The notes below the pieces were generated by a model. The model was not told the DNA's origin. It made no database searches and worked only from the letters and a program-made list of their open reading frames with translations. Shown in pieces: positions 1 to 10,734 of a DNA stretch of 64,000 bases. Made by a program: the position numbers and the translations under genes. Position 1 is the first letter of the stretch. Each line of letters begins with the position of its first letter. Source of the stretch: an uncultured bacterium (GTDB lineage Bacteria; Actinomycetota; Acidimicrobiia; Spongiisociales; UBA5794); the NCBI GenBank assembly GCA_963801165.1, contig CAWDDT010000010.1:224001-288000 (forward strand). Reading direction: 5' to 3'.

Positions 1-1732
1 CGGGCACGCGCCGGCTCAAGTCGCCGTGGGTGCCATGGGCGACGATCCTGCCATCGTCTATGAAGATGACCTCGTCGGCCAGGGCGATGCTCGACGTCCG
101 GTAGGCAACGATGATCACCGTAGAGGGCATCTCGGAGTCACGGAGACGCTCGAGGATCCTGGCCTCGACCGACGGATCGACGGCCGAGGTGGCGTCATCG
201 AGGATCAACAGCCGTGGCTTGCGGACCAGTGCCCGTGCCAGCGCGATCCGCTGCCGCTGTCCACCGGAGAGGCTGGTGCCGCGCTCACCTAGGACCGTGT
301 CGTAGCCTTCGGGTAGCTCGAGGATGAATTCGTGGGCGCCGGCGAGCCGGGCGGCGTGGGTGACTTCGTCATCGTCGGCGACCACTCCGAAGGCGATGTT
401 GCCCGTGACGGTGTCATCGAAGAGAAAGGCTTCCTGGGACACGTAAGCGATCTCTCCCGGTAATGCCGAGCGGGCGAAGCTGCGCAGGTCCCGGCCGTCG
501 ATGGTGATCGCTCCAGATGCCGGGTCCCAGAGACGAGCGAGGAGTGCGGTCAGTGTTGACTTGCCCGATGCCGTCGGGCCGACGACGGCAACGACGCGCT
601 CGGGTTTGATGGCGAGGCTGAGATCGGAGATCACAGGCTCTCCACCGTCATAGCTGAAGCTGATCTCCGCACCGGCTATGTGGGCTCCGCTCTCGCCGGT
701 GTCGGGCAGCAGATCGCCGTACGGGACCAGATCGCGCACGTCGTACACGTTCTGCACTCGCTCCCAGCCTGCTCGCGACGAGGCGATCGACCACAGCACG
801 AACCCGATGATGCGGATCGGGATGAAAAGCAGCGAGAGCAGATACGTAATGGTGACGATGTCCCCGGGCGTTACGTCACCGCTGTTGATCCTGATGGCGC
901 CGGCCACGAGCATCACCACGGTCACCGCCGACAGTAGACCCTCGACTCCGACGCGGTAGGTAGCCATCATCTGCAGCGTGTAAGTCAGCTTGTCGCGCAA
1001 CTGCTCGGACGCTTTCCGGAAGCGTGCCGTCTCGGTGTCGATCCGACCCAGCGCCTTGATCGTGAGGGCGCCGTCGAGACTCTCGTGAGCGATCGACGAC
1101 ACCTCGCCGCGAAGATCCTGCACGTCCCGGAACGCGTTGAACATCCGCCACGCCCCGTGCATATTGACGGCGACGATCGCGCCCAGACAAACGAACGCCG
1201 TTACCGCCAACCAGAGATCCATGACCAGGATCAAGACCACCGTTCCGACGAGAAGCAGGGACGACCCGATGCCGTAGGGGAGCGGGGCGAGGATGAAAGT
1301 GCCCTGGCGCACGTCGGTGTCGCTCACGGCGAGGAGCGTGCCCGTCGACTGGCGCTGATACCAGGAGAGCTCGAGCTTGAGCAGATGGTCGATCAGGTCG
1401 TGGCGGGCATCTGCCTGAACCCGGAACTGTAGATAGCCGGCAGCGGTGCGGCGCAGCACGATCGCCGCGGCCTTCCACACGGCGACTGCAATGACCGCCC
1501 ACATTGCCGGCCAGAGAAGATCGGCGTAGGAAGCGCCACCCTCGAGCACCGGGATGATGAGCTCGTCGGTCACACGTCCTACGACGATGGCCGAAGCGAC
1601 GATGGCCGAGACAAACAGCGCCGCACCGAGCACTGCGAGCGAGAAGGACCCTGTGCGGGCACCGGCGAACCTGATTGCGATCGCCCCACCCTCGCGCAGC
1701 ATCGACCTCAGAGATGTCTTCTGGGTGGTCAC
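1..1732 (-). CDS. ABC exporter, fused permease/ATP-binding subunit (3' end runs off window)
   Basis: Manual minus-strand translation: N-terminal TM helices, Walker A VGPTASGKST, signature LSGGQRQR, Walker B LILDD; GTG start at 1732 (alternative ATG 1702); absent from ORF track because stop lies outside window. Confidence 0.9.
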   Translation of the reverse strand, partial: MTTQKTSLRSMLREGGAIAIRFAGARTGSFSLAVLGAALFVSAIVASAIVVGRVTDELIIPVLEGGASYADLLWPAMWAVIAVAVWKAAAIVLRRTAAGYLQFRVQADARHDLIDHLLKLELSWYQRQSTGTLLAVSDTDVRQGTFILAPLPYGIGSSLLLVGTVVLILVMDLWLAVTAFVCLGAIVAVNMHGAWRMFNAFRDVQDLRGEVSSIAHESLDGALTIKALGRIDTETARFRKASEQLRDKLTYTLQMMATYRVGVEGLLSAVTVVMLVAGAIRINSGDVTPGDIVTITYLLSLLFIPIRIIGFVLWSIASSRAGWERVQNVYDVRDLVPYGDLLPDTGESGAHIAGAEISFSYDGGEPVISDLSLAIKPERVVAVVGPTASGKSTLTALLARLWDPASGAITIDGRDLRSFARSALPGEIAYVSQEAFLFDDTVTGNIAFGVVADDDEVTHAARLAGAHEFILELPEGYDTVLGERGTSLSGGQRQRIALARALVRKPRLLILDDATSAVDPSVEARILERLRDSEMPSTVIIVAYRTSSIALADEVIFIDDGRIVAHGTHGDLSRRVP

Positions 1733-1843
1733 CCGCGAACCTCGCCTTCCGGGCCGAAGATCCTACCAACCCCTGGGGACGCGACGAACCGCCCAGACAA
1801 TAGCCCGGACTCGCGAGCAGTCCCTCCCGCAAGGGGAGGGGCG

Positions 1844-2266
1844 CTGCCGCGCCACCACCGGAAGCAACGGTGATCCCCCAGTTTCCCTGAACCCACGGTT
1901 TCTCGCCTCATCGCCTTCGCTCCACCAACTTCAGCGACGCTGACGCCACTTTCCCCGAACGGAGAAGGAATTCATCCTCCCTCTGGGAGGATCGACCGGC
2001 CCGGCGGGCCAGGTCGAGGAGGGCCTTGCGAATCGGTCCAGATTCACAGAAAGGATCCAACCCGGATCGCTCAGACGGCCGATGAAATCGACCTCTTCGC
2101 CACCAAGACGCCCATCCGACGGATTGAGGATTTCGGGGGATCGGTCGTGCGGCGGTCGCGGTTGTCTCTTCCCTCCCGTCGGTCACTGCCGCGCCACCAC
2201 CGGAAGCAACGGTGATCCCCCCATGGTGATCCCCCCATAGTGATCCCCCCATAGTGATCCCCCATT
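1844..2266. repeat. Composite intergenic repeat: 36-bp exact direct repeat (1844-1879, 2186-2221) plus four tandem 14-bp units GTGATCCCCCCAT(A/G) (2212-2266)
   Basis: Read directly from sequence. Confidence 0.9.
1892..2053 (+). repeat. Dispersed REP/MITE-like palindromic element, copy 1
   Basis: Same-orientation similar copy at 62580-62742; shared core TCATCCTCCCTCTGGGAGGATCGACCGGCCC...GGGCCAGGTCGAGGAG.GCCTTGCGAATCGGTCCAGAT. Confidence 0.85.
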
Positions 2267-2395
2267 TCGGGGGGATCGGGCGGCCCTTTGGGCCGTTCGA
2301 GGGGGGAAGGACGAGCGGCGGTCGCTGTGGTGTCTCCCCTCGCCTCGCCTCGCAACACGCCGCACCCGGCACGTTGCTCCATCGATCGTCGATGG

Positions 2396-4018
2396 TTATG
2401 CGCTGTAGTTGCTGGAGGCGCGGAAGGTTTCGTCGATGTGCACGTTGACCAGCGCAGGCAGACCGGACGCCGCGGCGCGCTCGAGTGCGGGCAGGAGTTG
2501 GTCGGGGCGGGTGACCAGTTCGCCGTAGCCGCCGAGCGCGGCAACGACGTCGTGATAGGGGCGTCGTCCCAGGTCGCTGGCGACGAGACGCTCCGGATAG
2601 AACATCTTGTGGAAGGTCTTGATGTTGTTCCACACCCCGTCGTTGCCGACCACGCCGATGACCGGTAGCCCGAGACGCACGAAGGTGTCGAACTCCATCC
2701 CGTTGAATCCGAAGCCACCGTCGCCGAAGACTATACCGACGCGCTTGTCGGGAAACACGGTCTTGGCGGCCAGGGCGAAGCCCGGCCCGGTGCCGAGTGT
2801 GCCGGCAGGACCCGCTTCGAGAACGTGACCGGGCGTGGAGGTGCGCAGCCATTTGGCCGTTGTGGCGACGATGTCACCGCCGTCCACGGCGACGACCGAG
2901 TCGGTTCCGAAGAACCCGGCGACGGTGCGACCAAAGAACTGGGCGCCCACCAGCTCACTGGGAGCGTCTGCCTCCGCGTTGGCGGCGGCCAGCCGCTCGG
3001 CCTCGGCCGCCTGTATCTGCGCCGACCACTCCCGATCGCCATGCGCCACGTCTGGATGTCCGAGGAGTTGTTGTACGAACACACCCGGACCGGCAACGAT
3101 GCCGCGATGCGCCGGCCGGTTCCAGCCGATTCTGGTTGCGTCGGCATCCACCTGCACGACGGTGGCGTCGGCATTGATCTTCCGGCCGAAGCCGGTGCGG
3201 AAGTCCCAGTCGACCCCGAGCGCGAGCACGAGGTCGGCACCGGCGAAAGCCATCGATCGGGTCCGGCTCCCCAGCAGCGGATGGCCAAATGGGAACGAGC
3301 CGCGGGCACCGCTATTGACATAGCTGGGAAAGTTGGCTGTCTCGGCCAGACTCACCAGGGCCTTGGCGGTGTCACCGCGAAAACCGTTGCCCGCAAACAG
3401 CACCGGCCGTTCCGCACCAGCCAGCAAGGCAACGACCGCATCGACTTCCTGAGAAGTGGCGGCGTTTCCCTCGTGTGCCCGGTAGTAGTCGAGGAGTGGC
3501 GTGCTGTCTGCCACCGTTGCTGCCTGGACATCGAGCGGGATGTCGAGGAAGACGGGGCCGCCCCGTCCGGCGAAGGCGTGGCGGGCTGCAATCGAGATGT
3601 AGTCGGCGATGCGTGTTGTCTCCCACACCGTGTCCGCGAATCGGGTGATGGAGGAGAAGAGCCTCGGATGATCCATCTCCTGGAGACCGCCGGTGTGCTC
3701 CTGGTGGATGGGGTGCCGGCCCCCGAGCACCAGCATCGGCGTACAGGAGTAATGGGCGTTCATCACCCCGGTCATCGTGTTGGTGACCCCTGGTCCCGCG
3801 GTGACGGCGGCGACACCGAGTTTCCCGGTGAGCCGGGAGTACGCTTCCGCAGCATGGGCGGCCGTCTCCTCGTGGCGAACGTCGACGACCCGGATGCCCT
3901 CGAGAACACAGCCGTCGAGGATCGGGACGATGTGCCCACCGGTGAGGGTGAAGATCGTGTCGACGCCCTCCGCCTTGAGGGCTCTGGCGAGCAGCTGCCC
4001 ACCGTGAATCTTCTCCAT
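2396..4018 (-). CDS. Thiamine diphosphate-dependent enzyme (acetolactate synthase-like / 2-hydroxyacyl-CoA lyase/oxalyl-CoA decarboxylase family)
   Basis: [18 protein letters not shown], ThDP motif GDGGFG...GND; 540 aa. Confidence 0.9.
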   Translation of the reverse strand: MEKIHGGQLLARALKAEGVDTIFTLTGGHIVPILDGCVLEGIRVVDVRHEETAAHAAEAYSRLTGKLGVAAVTAGPGVTNTMTGVMNAHYSCTPMLVLGGRHPIHQEHTGGLQEMDHPRLFSSITRFADTVWETTRIADYISIAARHAFAGRGGPVFLDIPLDVQAATVADSTPLLDYYRAHEGNAATSQEVDAVVALLAGAERPVLFAGNGFRGDTAKALVSLAETANFPSYVNSGARGSFPFGHPLLGSRTRSMAFAGADLVLALGVDWDFRTGFGRKINADATVVQVDADATRIGWNRPAHRGIVAGPGVFVQQLLGHPDVAHGDREWSAQIQAAEAERLAAANAEADAPSELVGAQFFGRTVAGFFGTDSVVAVDGGDIVATTAKWLRTSTPGHVLEAGPAGTLGTGPGFALAAKTVFPDKRVGIVFGDGGFGFNGMEFDTFVRLGLPVIGVVGNDGVWNNIKTFHKMFYPERLVASDLGRRPYHDVVAALGGYGELVTRPDQLLPALERAAASGLPALVNVHIDETFRASSNYSA

Positions 4019-4512
4019 TACAACTCCTCGAACAGGCGCGGCTGGATCAGGTAGGCGAGGCTACCCATGGCGTCGGGAGCGTGCTCCCAACGATCCATGT
4101 GCATGTCGATCCCGGCCACTGTTGCGGTCTTCATCTCGACCGAGCCCCCGGTGATGGCCCGGATCAGATACCCCCAGGTGGGTTGGTGACCCACCAGAAG
4201 CAGCCGCTCGGCCGCTTCCGGTGCCCGGGCCGCGATGGCCAGCGCCCCACCGGCTGAGGTTCCGTAGAGCTCATCGAGTTCGACCGTCTCCACGTCCCAG
4301 CCCCCGGCATCGGCTGCGAGCAAGGCCGTCTCCCTGGCCCTGGTCGCCGAGGAGGTGTAAATGATGTCGGGCACCTCGCCGATGCGGCTGAGCACCCGAC
4401 CCATGGTCATGGCGGCCTCGGTACCGCGCCGGTTGAGCGGCCGAGTGTGGTCGGAGTCGGCGCCGGAGTTCCAATCCGACTTGGCGTGGCGCAGGATCAT
4501 CAGTCGCTTCAT
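4018..4512 (-). CDS. sixA: SixA-like phosphohistidine phosphatase
   Basis: LRHAKS, SSATRARET, VGHQP motifs; 164 aa. Confidence 0.85.
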   Translation of the reverse strand: MKRLMILRHAKSDWNSGADSDHTRPLNRRGTEAAMTMGRVLSRIGEVPDIIYTSSATRARETALLAADAGGWDVETVELDELYGTSAGGALAIAARAPEAAERLLLVGHQPTWGYLIRAITGGSVEMKTATVAGIDMHMDRWEHAPDAMGSLAYLIQPRLFEEL

Positions 4513-4701
4513 GGCCGTGAACCATACCGCGATACGGGGCGGGTGCTCGTTGCAGGGTCGAAGCCTCGCCGAATCGGCAGCAGCTACGGATGTCCTGCGG
4601 GTACAAAGAGCGGCGTCTACCGTTGAAGCCGATCTGATTGGCTCTGATGAGATATCGCCCGCCTCTTATGAACCACTTTATGAAGACCTCGGGGACGTAG
4701 C

Positions 4702-5328
4702 TCAGCTCCCGGCCGCCCAGGCGAGCAGCAGCTGTGCGCCGTAGTAGAGGGGCAGGCCGACGAGACGGTTCACGAAGCCGGGGGCATTGAAGCGATCCCT
4801 CGCCACGAAGATGTCCGACAGGTAGAAGCCGACAGCGCCAATCGGGATCCGCCAGTCCGCCGACAGCGTGTTGGTCGAGACGGCGAAAGCGACCATCACG
4901 GAAATGGCGACGATGTAGGCGACCACAGCGGGTCGTAGCTCCTGCGGCACGGTGGGCAGCAACCAGGGCCCGATCGCGGCTCCGGCCAGGGCGACGCCGA
5001 GCAACGGCAGGTATAGCGCCTCACCGAGCCCGCGGTTGATGAAGGCCACCGCATACGCCAGATGGGCTGCCAGAAACACGGCGAGTCCGGCGACGAACGG
5101 ACGCCGCCCGTCGATGGCGAGGAACACGTCGCCTATCAGCGCCAGCAACAACCCGGCCAGCATGATGGTGCCGAAAGTCGAGTCGAGCGCCCCGGCCGAG
5201 ATCCCGACTGCCACGAAGGCCGCCGACGTGGCCAGCTTGGGGTAGCGACGTTGCATCGGCCGGCGAGTCTCGTAGTAGAGCAAAACCCCGAGCAGCAGGA
5301 GACAGATGACGGTGAAGGCCCAAGTCAT
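4702..5328 (-). CDS. Lysoplasmalogenase YhhN family membrane protein
   Basis: Multiple TM helices, GDVFL, FLAAHLAY, FYLSD, YYGAQ motifs. Confidence 0.85.
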   Translation of the reverse strand: MTWAFTVICLLLLGVLLYYETRRPMQRRYPKLATSAAFVAVGISAGALDSTFGTIMLAGLLLALIGDVFLAIDGRRPFVAGLAVFLAAHLAYAVAFINRGLGEALYLPLLGVALAGAAIGPWLLPTVPQELRPAVVAYIVAISVMVAFAVSTNTLSADWRIPIGAVGFYLSDIFVARDRFNAPGFVNRLVGLPLYYGAQLLLAWAAGS

Positions 5329-5375
5329 GGGGCAACGTTAGTTCGATAGAGTACGAGCGGATCAGGAGGTAAACG

Positions 5376-5882
5376 ATGGCATTGACCGATGAACTAGCCG
5401 CAGCATTCAACGACCAGGTGACGATGGAGCTGTCGTCTTCCCATCAGTACCTCGCCCTGGCCGCATGGCTGGAGCGGGAGGGCTTTCCCGGGATGGCGGT
5501 GTGGATGCGCACCCAGGCAGCCGAAGAGAACGACCACGCCATGAGGTTCTACCGATTCCTCATCGATCGTGACAAGGCTGTCGTGCTGCAGGCGATCCCG
5601 GCGCCCAAGACTGAGTTCACCACGGTCGTCGAAGTGTTCCAGGCGGCGATGGCTGCCGAGAAGAGGGTGACGGCTTCCATCAACGACCTGTACGGGATGG
5701 CGACGGATGCCCGTGACTTTGCCTCATATCCGTTGCTCGATTGGTTCGTCAACGAGCAGATCGAGGAAGAGGCTACGGTGCAACAAATCATCGATGACCT
5801 GACGCGCATCGAAGGCAACGGCTACGCACTGCTGATGCTCGATCGCGAGCTGGGAACACGTACACCTGGTGTCACCGAGTAG
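5376..5882 (+). CDS. ftnA: Ferritin
   Basis: Ferroxidase residues E..Y, EENDHA, WFVNEQIEEE; SD GGAGG upstream. Confidence 0.93.
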   Translation: MALTDELAAAFNDQVTMELSSSHQYLALAAWLEREGFPGMAVWMRTQAAEENDHAMRFYRFLIDRDKAVVLQAIPAPKTEFTTVVEVFQAAMAAEKRVTASINDLYGMATDARDFASYPLLDWFVNEQIEEEATVQQIIDDLTRIEGNGYALLMLDRELGTRTPGVTE

Positions 5883-6453
5883 CCGAAGCGCTGGGGATGG
5901 GCAGCCATTCCTCTCCTATCCGGACCCCGACCCGAGCGACGGCGTCGTCATGCTGCGACGCTGGACCATGGACGATGTTGGCTGCATCGAGAAAGCGTCC
6001 TCAGACACGAGGATCCCACAAGGGACGACGGTGCCTGCGGTGTACACGGCGGAGGCTGGGCGGGCGTTCATCGAACGGCAGTGGTCTCGTCAGGCAAAGG
6101 GTGAGGGCCTGTCGCTCGCCATCTCCGTCTCGGGAACCGCGGTTGGTTTGATCTGTCTGATGCACCGAAAGACACCCGGGGTTGCTGAGATCGGCTACTG
6201 GATCGTCCCGGAGGAGCGACGCCGGGGATGGGTGACGCGCGCCATCGGTCTCTTCTCGCGCTGGGCGATCGCAGAAGCCGGGCTGGTGCGGGTAGAGGCG
6301 AGAGTGATGCCGGGCAACGAGCCGTCGCTATGTGCCCTGCGCCGGTGCGGGTTCGTGACCGAGGGGATTCTGCGGCGCCAGTACTTCAGCGGCGGGGAAT
6401 ACCACGACATGGTCAGTCTGTCGCTCATCGCCGAGGATCTGCGCGGACTTTGA
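5869..6453 (+). CDS. GNAT N-acetyltransferase (RimJ/RimL-like)
   Basis: EIGYW..RRRGW, N.PS..L.RCGF..EG motifs; start uncertain. Confidence 0.85.
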   Translation: MSPSSRSAGDGQPFLSYPDPDPSDGVVMLRRWTMDDVGCIEKASSDTRIPQGTTVPAVYTAEAGRAFIERQWSRQAKGEGLSLAISVSGTAVGLICLMHRKTPGVAEIGYWIVPEERRRGWVTRAIGLFSRWAIAEAGLVRVEARVMPGNEPSLCALRRCGFVTEGILRRQYFSGGEYHDMVSLSLIAEDLRGL

Positions 6454-6474
6454 CTGCGCCTCGGACCGGTGCCA

Positions 6475-6981
6475 TCAATACGGCGTGAAGAGCCGTCTCA
6501 CGGCGTCACGGTATGACCGGTAGTAGGCCCCTCCCCAAACCGGTGTTCCCTCGTAACAGTGCACCGCCGGCTCTTCGAGTTCCACCAAACCGGGGAACTC
6601 GGCCGAGGCCCAGTGCTTTGGGGCGTAGGAACCTGCTCGCCCGATCGTGTCTGCGCCGGCCGTCTCGGTGACCGCGATGGCGTGTGCTACAACCATGCCA
6701 CCCAACCCGCGCGGCAACCAACTCTTGTCGGCCAGGGCGACCGCAAACACCGATCCGCTGAAGTCGACAAACTCCTCTGGAGAGATCTGGTCGAACGCTC
6801 TGACGGCGCAGACGGTGTCGACGATAGAGAGCCTCGTAGGCCGGAAGCGTCGGCGGTGGAAGTACCGGGTAGGCGACCCTTCTCTCGAAGGTCCCTGCCT
6901 GGGGCGGAAGCCCTCGGATTGCAGCTGAGCCGCCACTGTCGTCAGATAGTGGTTGAGCCTCTGCGCGTCCACATCGACCAC
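6475..6981 (-). CDS. Hypothetical protein
   Basis: 168-aa ORF directly downstream of serC, protein-like composition (LPRGLG, TPVWGGAYY). Confidence 0.7.
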   Translation of the reverse strand: MVDVDAQRLNHYLTTVAAQLQSEGFRPRQGPSREGSPTRYFHRRRFRPTRLSIVDTVCAVRAFDQISPEEFVDFSGSVFAVALADKSWLPRGLGGMVVAHAIAVTETAGADTIGRAGSYAPKHWASAEFPGLVELEEPAVHCYEGTPVWGGAYYRSYRDAVRRLFTPY

Positions 6982-6983
6982 TC

Positions 6984-8102
6984 CTACAGTCTCTCGACGA
7001 TGTAGTCGATCGCGTTAGTGAGGGTCTCCAGGTCCGCCGGTTCCACGTTGGGGAACATCGCGATACGCAGCTGGTTCTCGCCGAGGGCCCGGTAGCCGCC
7101 GGTGTCGACGATTCCGTTGTCGCGCAGCACCGCGGACACGACACCCGCGTCGATCTTCTCATCGAAGTTGATGGTCGCCACGTTGGTGCTTCTCATCGCC
7201 GGGTCGGCCACATACGGGTGCGCATAGTCAGACTCCTCCGCCCAGCTGTAAACGATGCGTGACGAGCGGGCGCATCGATCGAGCGCCCATTCGAGTCCGC
7301 CGAACTCGAGCATCGACTCAACCTGGCGCCGGATCAGGAACAGCGTTGCCAGCGCCGGCGTGTTGGTTGTCTGGTCTTTCCGAGAGTTATCCACTGCGTC
7401 CTTCAGCGAGAGGAAACCCGGAATCCATCGGTCGCCGGCCGCCAGGCGCTCGATGCGCTCCACTCCGGCGGGCGAAACGAGGGCGATCCACAGACCGCCA
7501 TCTGCGCCGAATACCTTCTGGGGCGAGAAGTAGTAGACGTCGAACTGCTTCGGATCGACTGCCATGCCGCCGGCGGCCGAGGTGGCGTCGACGGCGACGA
7601 TTCCGGGAGCGGCGGGTCGCGTGATCTCCATCATGACGCCGGTTGTGGTCTCGTTGTGTGTCAGGGCATAGAGGTCGACGTCTGGGTTGGGGACCGGCAG
7701 CGGGTGGGTCCCCAGGGCGGACGTGATGACCTCGGGCGTCTCGAGATGGGGGGCGCCGGCTACCACCTTGGCGAACTTGCCGGAGAAGACACCAAAGTCG
7801 AGATGCTGGCTCTTCTTCTCGATCAGGGCGAACGCCGCGCTCGCCCAGAACGAAGTCGCCCCGCCGACGCCGAGGACCACCTCGTATCCCTCAGGGAGAG
7901 AGAACAGCTCGCGCATTCCGTTGCGAATGGCACCGACGATCGACTTGACCCCGGGTTGCCGGTGGCTCGTTCCCATGAGTTTGGAGCCTGTGACGCCCAG
8001 CTCGAGCAGAGACTCGGTGCGTACTTTCGACGGCCCCGAGCCGAACCTCCCGTCGGAAGGAATGAGCTCGTCGGGCAGATCGATCGAGGGAATGTCGGAC
8101 AT
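6984..8102 (-). CDS. serC: Phosphoserine aminotransferase (actinobacterial type)
   Basis: DGRFGSGPSK, GTSHRQ, HNETTTG, YYFSPQK (PLP Lys), NTPA, NQLRIAMFP. Confidence 0.95.
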   Translation of the reverse strand: MSDIPSIDLPDELIPSDGRFGSGPSKVRTESLLELGVTGSKLMGTSHRQPGVKSIVGAIRNGMRELFSLPEGYEVVLGVGGATSFWASAAFALIEKKSQHLDFGVFSGKFAKVVAGAPHLETPEVITSALGTHPLPVPNPDVDLYALTHNETTTGVMMEITRPAAPGIVAVDATSAAGGMAVDPKQFDVYYFSPQKVFGADGGLWIALVSPAGVERIERLAAGDRWIPGFLSLKDAVDNSRKDQTTNTPALATLFLIRRQVESMLEFGGLEWALDRCARSSRIVYSWAEESDYAHPYVADPAMRSTNVATINFDEKIDAGVVSAVLRDNGIVDTGGYRALGENQLRIAMFPNVEPADLETLTNAIDYIVERL

Positions 8103-8129
8103 TGTTCACCGCCGATTATGGTTCATGAC

Positions 8130-8172
8130 ATCTTGCATAGGGAGAGTAGATCTTGCATAGGGAGAGTAGATC
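8130..8172. repeat. Exact 20-bp tandem duplication ATCTTGCATAGGGAGAGTAG in the serC/aminotransferase divergent promoter
   Basis: Read directly from sequence. Confidence 0.9.
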
Positions 8173-8173
8173 A

Positions 8174-9379
8174 ATGACCGAGACGCGCCCACTTGGGACC
8201 TCGCAACGTGTGGCGAAGGTGGCAGAATCCGCCACGTTGGCGATAACCGCCAAGGCCAAGGCCCTCCGAGCGACAGGCGCTCCCGTAATCGGCTTTGGGG
8301 CGGGAGAGCCCGACTTTGCCACGCCCGATCACATCGTTGCCGCCGCCGTGGCTGCCGCGCTGGATCCGAAGAACCACAAGTACACCCCCGCCGTCGGTTT
8401 GCCTGAACTCCGTGAGGCAGTGGCAGTCAAGACGCGCAGAGACTCCGGGTACGACGTGCAGAGCGGTCAGGTCGTCATCACCAACGGCGGCAAGCAGGCC
8501 GTGTACCTGACCTGCCAGGCTCTGCTCGATCCCGGTGACGAGGTGTTGCTGCCTGCGCCGTACTGGGTGACGTATCCCGAGGCGGTCAAGCTCGCCGATG
8601 GTGTCGTCGTCCCGATCGACTCCGACGACTCGACCGGCTTCAAGGTGACCGTCGATCAGCTCGAGTCGGCGCGCACCGACAAGACGAAGATGCTCATCTT
8701 CTGCTCGCCGTCCAACCCGACGGGCGCCGTCTACACGTGGGACGAGATCGAGGAGATCGGGAATTGGGCGGTCGCCAACGGCATCTGGGTAATGACCGAC
8801 GAGATCTACGAGCACCTGGTCTACGGCGATGCCGAGTTTGTGTCGCTGCCGGTTGCCGTACCCGATCTCGCCGAGCATTGCGTGGTCGTCAACGGGGTAG
8901 CGAAGACGTATGCCATGACAGGATGGCGGGTCGGGTGGATGATCGCCCCGGAGGCGGTGGTCAAGGGTGTCGGCAAGCTGGTGAGCCACATGACGAGCAA
9001 CGTCGGCAACGTCAGCCAGCGCGCCGCTCTGGCGGCGGTTGAGGGGTCGCTCGACGCAGCCCACGTGATGAGGGAGGCGTTCGACCGGCGCCGGGTCACT
9101 ATGCACCGGATGCTCAACGAGATCAACGGGGTGAGCTGTGTGGAACCCCTGGGTGCCTTCTACGCCTTCCCGAACATGCAAGGGCTGCTCGGTCGCGACC
9201 TCGGTGGCAAGACCGCAGATACGACCCTCGATCTCGCCGGGCTGGTCCTCGACGAGGCCCAGGTCGCCTTTGTCCCCGGTGAGGCCTTTGGCCTCGGCGG
9301 ATACGCACGATTCTCGTTTGCGCTCGCCGATGAGGATCTGGTGGAAGGGCTACGACGGATCCAGGAACTCGCCGGCTGA
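8174..9379 (+). CDS. aspC: PLP-dependent aspartate aminotransferase (class I/II)
   Basis: [33 protein letters not shown]. Confidence 0.92.
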   Translation: MTETRPLGTSQRVAKVAESATLAITAKAKALRATGAPVIGFGAGEPDFATPDHIVAAAVAAALDPKNHKYTPAVGLPELREAVAVKTRRDSGYDVQSGQVVITNGGKQAVYLTCQALLDPGDEVLLPAPYWVTYPEAVKLADGVVVPIDSDDSTGFKVTVDQLESARTDKTKMLIFCSPSNPTGAVYTWDEIEEIGNWAVANGIWVMTDEIYEHLVYGDAEFVSLPVAVPDLAEHCVVVNGVAKTYAMTGWRVGWMIAPEAVVKGVGKLVSHMTSNVGNVSQRAALAAVEGSLDAAHVMREAFDRRRVTMHRMLNEINGVSCVEPLGAFYAFPNMQGLLGRDLGGKTADTTLDLAGLVLDEAQVAFVPGEAFGLGGYARFSFALADEDLVEGLRRIQELAG

Positions 9380-10570
9380 CAGCTTGTCGATCTCGGCGAT
9401 GACTGTTTGGCCGGCGGCGGATTTCGGATTGATCAGCGACGAGTGGTCAACGCCTTCCAGCTCCCGGTAGACGACGGTGTCACCAGCCTCACCCGCCGCA
9501 GCTGCATACGCCCGGCTCATCTCAACCGGTACTGCGATGTCGTCAGTTCCGTGGATAAGGACCTGACGTACCCCGAGCGGAAGCAAGCTTCGGGGCGAAC
9601 TTGCCGCATACCGCTCGGCGCCATCTTGCGGGGTTCTGCGCAGAAACTCGGCTACGGCGCCGTCGCCGAGATTGCGTGCGTATGCGTCTTCGAGATCGGC
9701 GACCGGAGCGAGAGCGACCACGGCATGAGGATGTACCCGGGCTTCGGGGTCAGGTATTCCATTCGAGAGATGTGGGCGCGCCGCCGCCCACAGTGCCAGA
9801 TGTCCTCCCGCCGAGTGTCCGACGAGGACGACCCTGCCTGGATCCAGGTCGTAGTCCGGAGCCAGCGCCGCCAGGCGGTCGGCGCCGGCTGCAACATCCT
9901 CGAGCGTGGCCGGCCAGCCGCCGCCGGTGCCGACCCTGTGGTACTCCAGATTCCAAGTCGCCCAGCCGTGCGAGCAGAGCTCCACAGCGAGGCTATCCAT
10001 GATGTCCCGTGTCCACCGGTCCCGCCAGAAGCCTCCGTGGATCAGCACGGCCACCGGGTGCGGCCCGTCACCCTCGGGTGTCAGCAACGCACCCACCTGG
10101 TCTTCGGCAGGTCCATAGCGGATGACCTCGGGCCGGACGGACGCTTGGTTGACGAGGTACTCGAGGGCGTAGCGATATCCGTCGATGCCGCGACCTCTGA
10201 TCATGTAGTCGCAGGCGGGTGCGATCACAGAGGTCCTGCGCCAGTTGTCACGCTCTTTGATGTTCGAGATGTGGACCTCGACCGCGGGGAGGGCGATGGC
10301 TGCGATGGCGTCGTGGAGCGCATAGCTGTAATGGGTGAGGGCGCCGGCGTTGATGATGATGCCGTCCTGGGCGCGCCGATCGTCGTGGAGACGGTCGATG
10401 ATCGCTCCCTCGTGGTTCGATTGAAAGCACGTGACGGTTACGCCGAGGTCCAATCCCCATGAAATGACGAGCGTCTCGAGCTCGTTGAGGGTCGTCGCAC
10501 CATAGACGGCCGGCTCGCGCTCGCCGAGCAGGTTGAGGTTGGGGCCGTTGATGACCAGGACGCGCTTCAT
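9350..10570 (-). CDS. aroQ: Type II 3-dehydroquinate dehydratase fused to a C-terminal alpha/beta-hydrolase (esterase-like)
   Basis: N-term [38 protein letters not shown]; C-term HGGFW, GHSAGG, HGTDD, VDH in one open frame. Confidence 0.9.
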   Translation of the reverse strand: MKRVLVINGPNLNLLGEREPAVYGATTLNELETLVISWGLDLGVTVTCFQSNHEGAIIDRLHDDRRAQDGIIINAGALTHYSYALHDAIAAIALPAVEVHISNIKERDNWRRTSVIAPACDYMIRGRGIDGYRYALEYLVNQASVRPEVIRYGPAEDQVGALLTPEGDGPHPVAVLIHGGFWRDRWTRDIMDSLAVELCSHGWATWNLEYHRVGTGGGWPATLEDVAAGADRLAALAPDYDLDPGRVVLVGHSAGGHLALWAAARPHLSNGIPDPEARVHPHAVVALAPVADLEDAYARNLGDGAVAEFLRRTPQDGAERYAASSPRSLLPLGVRQVLIHGTDDIAVPVEMSRAYAAAAGEAGDTVVYRELEGVDHSSLINPKSAAGQTVIAEIDKLSAGEFLDPS

Positions 10571-10734
10571 AGTCGGGAGCGTATTGGATTGTTGCCGTCC
10601 GGTCGAGTCTCTATTCGCCATCGGGTGCGTAGCCGAGGATGTCGCCGGGCTAGCAGTCGAGCACCTGCCATAGGGATCGAGTGACGCGAAACGGATACGT
10701 CTTTGTCGAAAGTGAACAAGAACCAGAGCCGCTA

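Noticed and set aside
1844-2266. 36-bp direct repeats as a CRISPR array
   Set aside because: Only two copies 342 bp apart, the 14-mers have no spacers, and there are no cas genes
4691-4710. GGGGACGTAGCTCAGCT resembles a tRNA 5' end/D-arm
   Set aside because: No anticodon or T-arm (no TTCGA), no acceptor-stem complement; it overlaps the yhhN stop codon
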